A DNA stretch of 64,000 bases from Octopus sinensis. Lineage: Eukaryota. The position numbers and the translations under genes were made by a program. Each line of letters begins with the position of its first letter. Positions within the stretch are counted from its first letter, which is position 1. Shown here one piece after another: positions 24,608-36,405 of the stretch. The DNA is taken from assembly GCF_006345805.1 (NCBI RefSeq), contig NC_042998.1, forward strand, positions 140,988,001-141,052,000, read 5' to 3'. The notes under the pieces were generated by a model that saw nothing but the letters and a program-made list of their open reading frames with translations, did no database searches and was not told the DNA's origin.

Positions 24608-25675
24608 TCTGTTGCTGCTGTTTTGCCCCAGATCGTCCCTGATCGACAAAGCGCCGAGCTGGCAGAATTGTTAGCACGCTGGACGAAATGCTTAGCGGTA
24701 TCGAAATGCTTAGCGACTTTGCTTTTCATCCTTTTCGGGGTCGTTGAAATAAGCACCAGTTGAACACTGGGGTCGATGTAATCGACTCATCTCCACCTCC
24801 CTCGAGCTGCCCTTGTGGCAAAAATTTGAAATAATTTTTAATAGGGCAGTGGACGGGCGAATCGTTTGGACGTCGGGAAAAATGCTCTGCTGTATTTGAT
24901 CCTTCGTGTTCTGTGTTGAAATCGCAACGAGGTCAATTTTGCAGTTCATTCTTCCGGAGTCAATAAAATAAAGTACCAGTCAAGCTCTGGGTCGATGGTA
25001 TCGAGTTAAGCTCTCATCTCAAGACTATAAGCCTTCTGCATAAATTAGAAACCATTATTGTTGTTGAGTCTTAAATTAGAAACTGTTATTGCTATTTTTG
25101 TTCTTTTCTTTTCGAATCTTTTGGAGGTAGCAGTGGCAGTGGTGGTGGTAGTGGTAGTACTGTTGTTAATGATGGTGGAGGTGGCAGTAGTGGTAGTAGT
25201 AGCAGCAGTGATGGTGGTGGTATGATGATTATAAGGCGGCGAGCTGGCAGAAAAGGCGGCGAGCTGGCAGAAACGTTAGCACGCCGGGCGAAATGCTTAG
25301 CGGTATTTCGTCTGCGTTACATTGTCAGTTCAAATTCCGCCGAGGTCGACTTTGCCTTTCATCCTTTCGGGGTCGATAAATTAAGTACCAGTTACGCACT
25401 GGGGTCGATGGAATCGACTTAATACCTATGTCTGTCCTTGTTTGTCCCCTCTGTGTTTAGCCCCTTGTGGGTAATAAAGAAATAGGTATTGTGTCTGCCG
25501 TTACGTTGTGAGTTCAAATTCCGCCGAGGTCGACTTTGCCTTTCATCCTCTCGGGGTCGATAAATTAAGTACCAGTTACGCACTGGGGTCGATATAATCG
25601 ACTTAATACCTATGTCTGTCCTTGTTTGTCCCCTCTATGTTTAGCTCCTTGTGGGTAATAAAGAAATAGGTATGA
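24278..25675 (+). mobile_element. Cluster of SINE family C copies including a tandem dimer (25235-25675)
   Basis: Family head and core repeated; the dimer junction is AAATAGGTAT/TGTGTCTGCCGTTACG. Confidence 0.85.
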
Positions 25676-26557
25676 TGATTATGGTGTTGAAGATGGCAGC
25701 AGCTGAGTGAACTGGAGCAACGTGAAATAAAGTATCTTGCTCAAGAACACAACACAGCTCGGCTCGGGAATCGATCTCACTACTTCATGATTATGAGCCC
25801 GACGCTCTAACCACTGAGCCATGCACCTTCACATGGTATAGATTAATTTGTATTTTAATTTACATGAAATTAGATTTCATCTTTTAAAACCGTTATTTTA
25901 AGTTAGATGTTTACATAGAAATACAAGCCTTATCACAAATACTCAGGAGTAGATGGAATCGTTACGATACAACAGACAGAAAATGAAGGAGAAAATTAGA
26001 AAAGAACAATAAATACCCAAAGATAGCCATAGCAAATCCAAAACGAGTGCTAGAAATAAGATTATAGGTATAGACTCACTAATTATCCCAGCTTCTAAAG
26101 ATGAAATCGTGTTAAGTGAATTGGCGAACGTTGACAATGATATCAGAGCTTCTCCGTGGATTGTGAGTGAATCATAACAGAGCTGATGAAGACAGGATAT
26201 AAGCACTACGTGACAGGAAGAGAGCGAGCGAGAGGGAAGGACAGAGGAAGGAAAAGGAAGACAGACAGACGGACAAACTGAGAGATAGGTAGAGAGAGGT
26301 TTAATACACATGGGGAAACTATTAGAGAAACATATAAACAAGCAAAGCTTGACTAATTGGTATAATAACACAAATAAAACTAATAATAAACGTTTCTCTT
26401 TATATAAGGAAACAATAAAATGAAAAAAAAATACAAGCTAATAAGCAGAAGAAAAGGTTTCTGAGAAAGACAAAGCTACTGCGAAACGTAAGACAAAAAC
26501 ATCAATGTGTATCTGCAAAGAGTACGAAAGAAAAATGAAGGGAAAAATTTATTCATG

Positions 26558-27290
26558 CGCAGTCGTGTAAAACTTGATGAAAGCACCATGACTCAGAAGC
26601 TCCGGACTGAAGACAGAAACGAAAGATTTGACAATCAATTGGCAGAGACGTTAGAACGTTGGATAGAATGCTTCACAGTATTAGTCCTGATTTTCTACGT
26701 TCCGAGTTCAAATCCCGCCGACGTTAATCAACTTTACCGTTCTTCCTGCCTTTTTCGAGGTCATTAAAAAGTGCTAATCCAGGGCGGTGAATTAGCAGAA
26801 CTAGATTCAAATACAGATGCAAATGCTACCAGTTGAAAGCTCCGCATACCGGATGCTAGCAAGTTTGTGGTGTCATCAGGAGAGATTGCACACTGTTTCG
26901 GGGCCTTCCCCTCGACGATATTATTGAGCACTCACTGAAACGAGGCCCAACTTCCTAGATCAACTGGTTACTAGGTTTCGCTCAATAGTCTTCTAATCAT
27001 TGCTCATCCTCTCTTTTTAATGTCGGACTGATTGCTTAAGGATATTTTTGTTCCAGCTGTTTGCAGTCGTGTAAAACTTGATAACGGCTTTGAACTGAAG
27101 ACAGAGACAAAAAATGGCAGAGAAGTTAGAACGTCGAATAGAATGCAATACGTTATTTGTCCTGATTTTCTACGTTCTGAGTTCAGATCCCGCCGAGGTC
27201 AATTAACTTTGCCTTCCTTCATGCCTTCTTCGAGATCACAAAATGTGTCAATCCAGGGTGGTGGATTTGGCGGAATTATGAAAATATCGG
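26558..27290 (+). repeat. Diverged direct duplication (26558-26800 and 27063-27290) containing SINE-C-like sequence
   Basis: Both units start GCAGTCGTGTAAAACTTGAT and share GTCCTGATTTTCTACGTTC(C/T)GAGTTCA. Confidence 0.7.
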
Positions 27291-27867
27291 ACAGGGTATT
27301 TTTTTCTTGGATATTTTTGTTCCGGGGTATTTTTGTCCCAGCAGTTGCATTCTGAGTTCAAATCTCACCATGATTTACCCGCTTCCTTTTTTAAACGCCA
27401 CCACTTGGTTCCTTGTGTGTGTGTTGCAGAACCCACTGCAAGCATTTAGACAAAGTCTCTGATACGAGGATACCTCCCTCCCTCCCTCCCACCGGTCTTG
27501 GAGACCTTGTAAAAGAACCACAGGCGCTGTTTTCTCGCTTATAGTATCCCTTCGATTAAATTAGAAGCAGATTTGATAATGTAAACATTATCGATGTCAC
27601 ATACTTAATGTAATGGTATTGTTAGATGCTCTTTTCGCTGCACTGTTTCATGCTTATAGTAGTAGTAGTAGTAGTAGGAGTAGGAGTAGGAGTAGTGATG
27701 TTATTTACCACCCTCTTGAGGTAAAATAATACACCACCTCCTTTTAAACTTGTCAGGTCTTAGAAAAACAGATTATAGTTTCGAATTTTGGCACACGGCC
27801 AGCAATTTTAGGAGTAGGAGTAAGTCGATTACATAGAACCCAACGCTCAACTTATAGACCCCGAAAG

Positions 27868-28135
27868 GCGCGTGGCGTAGTGGTTAGGGCGTTACATTCG
27901 CGATCGCAAAATTGTGGTTTCGATTCCCAGGCCGGCAGATTGGGGTTTTCGATTCGCAGACCAGCAGCGTGTTGTGTTCTTAAGCAAAACACTTCACTCA
28001 TGCTGCAGTCCACTCAGCTGTAAAAGAGTAATCCTCTGACGGACTGGCATCCCGTTCAGGAGCAATTTTGTGCTCTCGGTCACTTGCACGCCCTGGAAAC
28101 CGGGTGATTGGCCCTGTTAGTCTTAGGACTCGAGA
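27868..28135 (+). mobile_element. SINE family D
   Basis: Head GGCGCGTGGCGTAGTGGTTAGGGC and core GTGTTCTTAAGCAAAACACTTC. Confidence 0.75.
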
Positions 28136-28696
28136 CAGTAATACTCAAGGGTTTATGATGCAAATAGAAAACAATGTTAACTTCGGTATGATTTGAAATC
28201 AGACTGTAAGGCCAGAAAGAATGCCGCTAAAGTATTTTGTCCAACGCACTAACGACTCTACCAGCTAGCCGCCTTTGGAAAGACTGAATATATCAACAAC
28301 CATAATCAGATTCGTAGCTACACCCACGGTTCGATATACCAATACAATACCACATCAAACTTGAGAAGGATATAAGCATTCATAAATTGTCGTGTGTAAC
28401 AATGACACGTTTGTGACACTTTGAGTCATGCTTGTCTGAAGTAACAAGGAAATCAAAGGAAAACTGTTCAGATGTTATAAAGAAAACTGAAAACCTGATA
28501 AATAGCTGTGTCTATCTTTTCTGATCAAATTATCGCCTGTTAGTAAAGACGGAAACTTACTGACGTTCTAAGACCTCAATTGTTCCAATGTTAATTAGTA
28601 CACTACGTATGAGCGAAAAGAATACGGACAGACTCATAGAATACTCCACTTTAAATGTACCTCTAAATATGGAGTATCGATATTTTCTGACGAAAA

Positions 28697-29990
28697 GGCG
28701 CAGGTGTGGCTGTGTGGTAAGAAGCTTGCTTCCCAACCACATAGTTTTGAGTTCAGTCCCATTATGTGGTACTTTGGGCAAATGTCTCCTACTATACTCT
28801 CGGGCCGACCAAATCCTTGTGAATGGATTTGGTAGACAAAACGACAGCCCGTCGTGGATGTGTGTGTGTTTGTCCCCATGCCCACACTTGACAACCAGTA
28901 TTGGTGAGTTTACACTCCCATAACTTAGTGGTGCAGTAAAACAGACCGATAACAATCTTAAAAAGAAAATATGTACTGAGGTCGATTAGTTTTGACTAGA
29001 ATTCTTCAAAGTGGTGTACCGTAAAGGATAAAAGAAGTTAAAGATAAAATATCGCCTATTAGTAAGATGGAAACCCATCAAAGTACAATGACCTCAAAAT
29101 CGAAATAAGATACAAATGTTCCTTCTTGAGCCATGTCAGGTTTCCCGGTTTCAGTGGCGTAGAAATTCCCCACCTGGATGGGACGCCGGTCCGTTGCAGG
29201 ATTACTCATTTTTGTCAGCTGAGTGGACTGGAGCAACGTGAGAATGAAGTGTTTTGCTCAAGAACACAACGCATCGCCCGGTCCAAGAATCGAAACCACA
29301 GTCCTACGATCATGAGTTCAACACCCTAACCACTAAGCCACGCGCCTCCGCCGAAATCGAAATGCTAGTACTTAACTATAGAATGAAAATATCTGTACAA
29401 ACAATAATTAGTACACTATGTACAGTTGAAAAGAATATGAACAAAAACATAATGGGTTTCACGTTATATTCACCAGTCTAAATATAACATTATTACGTAT
29501 AGCACATATTCTTTGCAAAATTCATTTAGTTCAATGATACAATCTTCTCGGAGAACATCCGGTTTATGAGTCTCCCAATATTTATAAACAACGTTTAGAA
29601 GTTTGCTTCCCAAGCACAAGGTTCCGGGTTCAGTTCCACTTCGTGTCTCCTTGGGCAAATGTCCACTACTATAGCTTCGGGCCGACCGGATCTTACAGGT
29701 GGATTTGGTGAACAGAAGATGAAGGAGTCGTCGTATGTGTGTGTATGTGTGTGTGTGTGCGTGTGCGTGCGTGTGAGTGTGTGTGTGTGTATGTTCGTGT
29801 CTGTGTTTGTCCCCACCACCGCTTGACAATAGATTCTTGTGTGTTTACTTACCTGTAACTTAGCGGTTCGGCCAAAAGAGTCCGATAGAATAAGTACCAG
29901 ACTGGGGTCGATTCATTCGATTAAGAAAATTTTCCAAGGTGGTACCTCAGCATGACTGCAGTCTAATGACCGAAACAAGTAAAAGGTAAA
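28697..29990. mobile_element. SINE cluster: family B (28697-28960 +, 29594-29990 +) and family D (29125-29350 -)
   Basis: Family-diagnostic heads and cores. Confidence 0.75.
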
Positions 29991-30094
29991 AGATAATGTA
30001 TCACACATTCTATACAATCCCCTCGTAATTCTACGAAAAGGAAAAAAAAGTTTAACAACAAACAACACTAACGTTGAAAATGACAGACCATTGA

Positions 30095-30434
30095 GCTGCT
30101 GAGACCGCCTTCGGTCATGACTGACCATGGGATTGCACCTAGGAAGTTACCCTCCCAGACACAAGTCCGGGCAATATTGTTTATGGAAGACCAGCAGTCG
30201 CCCCATGCATACCGGCCTCCCCTCTCCACGCCACCAGTGTAATCCAAGGGAAAGGCAAATGCCGATATATCTTGGCACCTGTAACGTCGCGACTCATTTC
30301 TACAGCAGAGTGAACTGGAGCAATGTGAACTAAAGTGTCTTACTCAAGAACACAACACCCAGCCCAGTCCGGGATTCGAGCTCACAACCTCACGATCGTA
30401 AGCTCGACGCTCTAACCACTAAGCCATGCGACTT
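30095..30434 (-). mobile_element. SINE family D
   Basis: Colinear with 8127-8451, including the CCTCCCCTCTCCACGCCACC block. Confidence 0.8.
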
Positions 30435-31539
30435 CATATGACAGATCATATATCATAGTAAATTAGGTATTGCACACTTTCAAAACACAGCAGTGACTTT
30501 CAACTTAAAAAATGAAATTTGCACGGCCAGCTGTCACTCGCAAACGAGTATGACCTTGTAATGTTTACTGTGTTTTTGCTAATTGTTTTAGGCGTTTATG
30601 TTGTCTTGTGGAGACATAGACACCTAGTCATCCTTTCGGCCCCGTCACTCTTGACCTAGTAGAACATCCAGGATGATCGCTAGAGGGAGAGAGAGAGAGC
30701 GGGGAGAGAGAGAGAGACGGAGCTGCACCTGTACAACACTGGTACTCATTTACAGCTAGGTAGACTGGAACAACGAATAATAAGATGTCTTGTTCAACGA
30801 AACACAACGCGCCGCCCAATTCAGGAATTGAACTAATGAAGTTATGAATATAAACTGAATATCCTATTAATTTCTATCAAAAATGAATGTGATTTCCATC
30901 ATTAGCATGCAAAACTACATCAGTCAAAATAATTTTTTAAAATTCCGACGATAGTGTTAAGGAAAATGTGAAGATCCCAAGATCCCAACGAGCTTCGGTT
31001 TAATTTCAGTCAACCAATCTCCACTCCCAAGATATTGGTTATCTCGAGACTTGCAACAAAGCTGCTATGTAGTGTATCGAATTCTGAACCACAAAGCGAA
31101 CTTCTTAACCACATAATTATCCTTGAACCTTCTCTTCATCCAGTAAAGTGTTGAGAGCTATATTGTAATATATAAGATGTCAGCAACACGACCACTAAGT
31201 CGAAGTTGACTGTTACTATCATTAGTCTTTTATTTTTTTCAGTCATTGAACCGTGACCATACTGGAGCACCACCGTGAAGGATTTAGTCGAACAAATTGA
31301 CCACAGTGTTTATTTTTATGCCTGGTACTTATACTATCGGATCTCTTTTGCTGAATCGCTAAGTAGCTGGAACGTGAACAGACCAATACCGGTTCTTGAG
31401 ATGGGCTGGGTGGGACAAATACAAAGACACACATGCATATACATACATACATACATACATACATACATACATACATACATACATACACATATGTGTGTAT
31501 GAATGTATGTGTGTATATGATGTTATTTATTCTTGTAAA

Positions 31540-31672
31540 GACATATACTACTCATATTTCACGCACTTCGTCAAATCTATATAATGTCATAATAAGTTCC
31601 ATACCCCCAAAACCTTAAACTAAGATAGTCAGCCTCGCAATCTACTACATAAAAAATACTAACCCCCACCTA

Positions 31673-31722
<50 letters not shown>

Positions 31723-32440
31723 CACGTCACTAATTTCTTCCAAATTCTTCAAATCAACTACTTCACACTTCCCCCTTAACCTTCCCACCCTCCCCAGTCC
31801 CCCAAAGTACTTAACAATACCCCACTCCTTTGAAAACTAACCACTCTACGTCTTCCCCATCCCTACTCACACCCCTGTATTCAATTCCATACTCTATTAG
31901 CCATAGCACCCCTCCAATACCAACCCATTTCATTCGTCCCACTAACAACTACTTTTGACAACCTTCTCACCCCCCAGCTGCTGAACCAGTCAATTCATTT
32001 CCCTCAAATAATAGCCATCCCTGTTTCTGTATCTCAACCTTTAACTCTATAGCCTTGATAAATCACTCTTCCCCCTTCCTTCCCCCTGCCACCTCTACTA
32101 CTGTCTCTAGCTTCATTATTAACCCTAACCCCAAAATCTATTTCCTCCTCCTACTATTCTCTGTCTAAACACCCTCACCTCCTCTTTCTAATACATTTAG
32201 TTCACCACAAAATATTTTCATCTTTAATCTCCATTCTGTCAACACCTCAAATGTAAAATTATTGTCTGAAGACGGAGGCTGGTTGTATCCGATGATGGAA
32301 TCAAGTTACAAACATTATTTTGGACCATCAAGACTTCAGAAACAGCTGTTGGACTCGTAAATCTCCTACCAAGATATATTTATGTAATTTTGCGTAATTT
32401 AGACGACAATTCATCCACCGTATCCTCTGTGTACATACAC
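31540..32440 (+). mobile_element. Degraded retroelement 3' region (C-rich strand, Penelope-like terminal motifs)
   Basis: C-rich, G-poor tract followed by CCGATGA...GAAACAGCTGTT hammerhead-like half motifs at 32290-32352. Confidence 0.35.
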
Positions 32441-32478
32441 ACATACATACACACATACATAATACATACATACATACA

Positions 32479-32499
<21 letters not shown>

Positions 32500-32511
<12 letters not shown>

Positions 32512-33120
32512 TCATAATTATATACTTAAAAATTAATTTTACCGATATAGTGATCTTTATACGCTGGTCACTGATATAATCATTTTAATGATTATGTCCT
32601 CAATTTATACGATTATATAATTTTAAGTTCTCTATTCATTATATTTGCTCCGGTACTATTCTGACAACCACATGGCTGAGATGGGCGATTAGATATAATG
32701 TATACGTGGGAAACGTATGTATATATTGCTATCTGTACGCAAGTATTTATCGATATGTATACATATTTTTCGCTAATATATTATCGGTATACTTCTACTG
32801 ATCAGTGTAAAGTAATTATTATTACAAAACACGAAATCTTAGAATATAGAGTTGTCCGAAATTTTATAAATTTTCTTGCCCATTTCCTCGCATTCAACCT
32901 GTAAAAAAAGAACAAATTTAGAGTGGTTCGTAGACATTTGACATCTACTTCTAGGGTATTGGCGTTGTCCCTCCAGCGCCCTTAATTGTAATCATATATT
33001 TATAATTATATAATTAAATATTAATTTTACTGATAGGGTGTTTTTATATGCTGGCCACTGGTATAATCATTTTAATGAATATATCAGTGGCCAGTGATTA
33101 TAACCTCAATTTATACATAT
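32500..33120 (+). repeat. Direct repeats of about 120 bp (32500-32630, 32993-33120) flanking unique sequence
   Basis: Shared TTAATTTTAC(C/T)GATA...CTGG(T/C)CACTG(A/G)TATAATCATTTTAATGA...CCTCAATTTATAC. Confidence 0.8.
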
Positions 33121-33146
33121 ATACATAATACACACACACACATATA

Positions 33147-34628
33147 TTTTTTTTTTTTGGTTTTTGTTTTAGGCAGTCTATCTTGACAGATGACGACGTC
33201 GTCATTGATCCGTAGGAGTTGTTTTGATGGCGTTGGCAGGCCCTCTCATGGCTGAAAAGACCGATTCTGGAGGCACATGTCCGATTACACTGAGAGCAGC
33301 GAAGAGGGCTCCGACGGTGATGAGTTCGTCCAGGATTTTGCTGACGTTCCTTGAGTTGTCTGCGCTTTTCTTCGCGAAGTGTAGTCTGCTCGTCCTAAAA
33401 ATGCTACGTATCAGTTTTGCCCATACCCCTCCAGGAAGTACGGTCTGTGGACAGTGTTTCATATTCACCAGTGCAGAGCTTTAGGGATTTCTTGAGATGA
33501 TCTTTATATTGCTTCTTTGGACCTCCGTGCGGTCGGTTACCCTCTGGTAACTCCCCAAAAAGGACAAACTTGGGTATACGGTTTTCTGGCATCCTGATAA
33601 CATGCCCCACCCAGCGCAGTTGACGTTCGATGATCATGCATTCGATTCTGGTCAATTTCGCTCGTCTCAGGATCTCCGTATGTGACATTTTGTCTTTCCA
33701 GGTCAGATAAAGGATGCGCTGGAGACAGCGGATATGAAAGGATTCGAGGAGTTTGACATGACTACGATAAAGTGTCCAGGTTTCTGAGGCATACAGAAGC
33801 GTGGAAACAACAACAGCACGATAGACCTCGATTTTCGGGGAGAGATTCAGATCACGATTAAGGAAGACCCTATCCTTGAGACGTCCAAAAGCGTGGGAGG
33901 CAAGGCGGATGCGATTCTGAATTTGCTTGAGATGATGCAACCCAAATAGGTGAATTTCTCGGTGTTCTTTGGCTGGTTGTCTTGGATCGAAAGAGTCACA
34001 GGGGGTGAACCATTTTTTGAGCGTTGAAGAATCTCTGTTTTCTTGGTGTTGACCTGGAGTCCAGGCCGACGATAGGCGTTTCCCACAATGTCTAGATTCT
34101 GCTGAAGTCTGGATGGTTCGTGGGCGAGAACTTCGCAGTCTTCGGCATACTGTAATTCAAAGAGAGTGGTGGACTGAGTCTTTGATAGTGATTTTACTCT
34201 CCTCAAGTTGAAGAGACTGCCATCGTGGCGATATCGAATTGGGATGCCATCATCGAGGTTAAGGTCGTAGCGAGATAGTAAGGTCACATCCACAAGGAAC
34301 ACGTTGAAGAGGACAGGGGCCAGGACACAGCCTTGCTCAACACCGACTTGAACGTTGCAGTAGTCAGAATGATCACAACCCAGTGTCACACGTGATTGCA
34401 TGCCGTCATGGAACTTGCGTAGCATGGCAAGAAGCTTAGGAGGGCATCCATACCTCTGCAGGACATTCCATAATAGTGGGCGGCTAATAGTATCTAAAGC
34501 CTTAGTTAGGTCAATAAAGGCAAACGAGGCATCACGCTGTTGTTCTCGGCACTTCTCTAACAGGAGGCGAGAGACGAAGACCATGTCGATCGTGCTACGG
34601 TTAGCTCTAAAATCCCCCAGAGTCTCAA
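33147..34628 (-). mobile_element. 5'-truncated RTE-clade LINE with poly(A) tail; RT pseudogene
   Basis: FIDLTKALD, QVGVEQGCVLAP, YAED (YADD-like), FTYLG, LLYASETW, QLRWVGHVIRM and a C-terminal CSQCNRTCASRIGLFSH; frameshifted, with an A-rich tail at 33147-33170. Confidence 0.93.
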
Positions 34629-34756
34629 TGCGGTTTTATATATATATATATATATACACATCATATACACATATATACATATATATATATATATATTACA
34701 TACATACATATACATATACATGCATACATAATTCATACACACACACACACACGTAT

Positions 34757-35025
34757 ACGGCATGGCCTAGTGGTTAGAGTGTTGGACTCATGATCGCGAG
34801 ATCGTAGTTTCAATTCCTAGCCTGTATGGTGCGTTGTGTTCTTGAGCAAAACACTTCATCTCACGTTGCTCTGCGATCCCTTCGATATCTGACGCGTGGT
34901 ACACCGTGCACCTGTTCAGACAACGTTGATTTGATGGAGAAAGTGAGCTAATATGCGCACGAACATTTGATCACTATAAACAAATCATTCGTGCAGGTGG
35001 TTCAACAAAAGCTGAACGTTCATAG
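34757..35025 (+). mobile_element. SINE family D
   Basis: Head GGCATGGCCTAGTGGTTAGAG and core GTGTTCTTGAGCAAAACACTTCATCTCACGTTGCTC. Confidence 0.75.
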
Positions 35026-35136
35026 TCCACAGTATATATATATATATAGTTGAAATTTATAGAAAAACAAAAGACGAACACAGGTGTATGAGCAACAAAC
35101 AAGTGTATTAGTTTGACGCTCGGGGAAAATAAAGAA

Positions 35137-35174
35137 GCTTTTTACGTTTCGAGCCTACACTCTTCAACAGAAAG
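35137..35174 (-). ncRNA. Hammerhead-like fold with expanded core inside a short element of about 200 bp (35045-35250)
   Basis: CTTT-CTGTTGAAGA-GTGTAGGCTC-GAAACGT-A-AAAAG. Downstream sequence resembles that of the 8490-8680 element. Confidence 0.4.
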
Positions 35175-35653
35175 AAATAAGAGAAAATAAACAAAGAGGG
35201 AATGAAAAAACTTGCAGATTTCAGCGCCACGCATGGCGAATTGTGAGTGTGTGTGTGCGCGCGCGCACGTTTGTGTGTGTGTGTGTGTAACGTAGGAGGG
35301 GTTCCACACACTTTCCGCTCACTGAATTACCCCACAAGGCAACAATCGGCCCGATAGTAGTAGACCCTTGTCCAAGGTGCTGAATAGTAGGACTGAACCC
35401 GAAACCATGTGGCTGCAAAGCAAGCTTCTTAACCACACAGCCATACCTTTTCCCCCCACTTTTTGTTTTGTTTTTGACCTCGAATTGTTTGCTAAATCAT
35501 AGACTTTCAAATTTAACAGAATGCTGCTTATTTTTGTTATATGACGATCGGAGCAACATAAATGCAAAGTACCTCTTGAGTCCCCAATGAAATTGCTTAA
35601 CATTTGAGCCACATCATAACCATTGGAATGTCAATAGTTTGTGTATGTGTGTG

Positions 35654-35716
<63 letters not shown>

Positions 35717-36363
35717 CATGTGTATGCGTTTGTGTGTGTGTGTGTTTTTTTGCGTGTGTGTGTGTGTGTAGTTCACTACTCGAGTTTCGCAGTGAAAAGG
35801 TCAATTAGTTGGTTCATCGGATCTATTTTCTGTATTCACAAAGATAGGACTTTCAGGATATAAATAACGACAATATTCGTAAGCAATGAAGAGGAGACAG
35901 AAGTGGTGGAAGAAGAAGAAGAAGAAGAAAATAGAACAAGAAAAAGAAGGATAATGACGACAGCTACAACAACAACAACGACAATAGCTATTACAAGTAT
36001 GATAACCATCGATCCTGAAAGTAGAATAAAATATTTTCTTTCATTAAACTGAAAAAAGAAAAAGAAAAATGAAAAAATCGGAAGTGGAAAGGAGTATAAC
36101 GAAGTTGGAAAATAAACAACAGGAAGAGGTAGAGGAGGAGGAGGAGGAGGAGGAGGAGGGGGGAGAAGAAGAAGATGATGATGAAGAAAAAGAAGAAGAA
36201 GAAGAACAACAACAACAACAACTACAACAACAACAACGACGACGACGACGACGACGACGATGACTACGACAACAAGAAACTGGAGAACGGAAAGAAGCAA
36301 GAGAAAAGAAAGAGGAGTTAGTGGAGCGGAAAATCAAACGTAACCTTTCCAACGGTAGTAGAT

Positions 36364-36405
36364 ATGGCAGGTGCAGAGCGGACAAAAGTTTTGAACTGGA
36401 ATAAC
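36364..36405 (+). CDS. Candidate first coding exon MAGAERTKVLNWNN of an unidentified gene
   Basis: ATG in GATATGG context, upstream in-frame TAG at 36319, 14 open codons, then donor GTAAGT at 36406. No downstream exon found. Confidence 0.25.

Noticed and set aside
21600-25675. Regularly recurring conserved motif resembling a CRISPR-like array
   Set aside because: These are SINE-C cores in mixed orientation with irregular spacing and homologous flanks, not repeat-spacer units.
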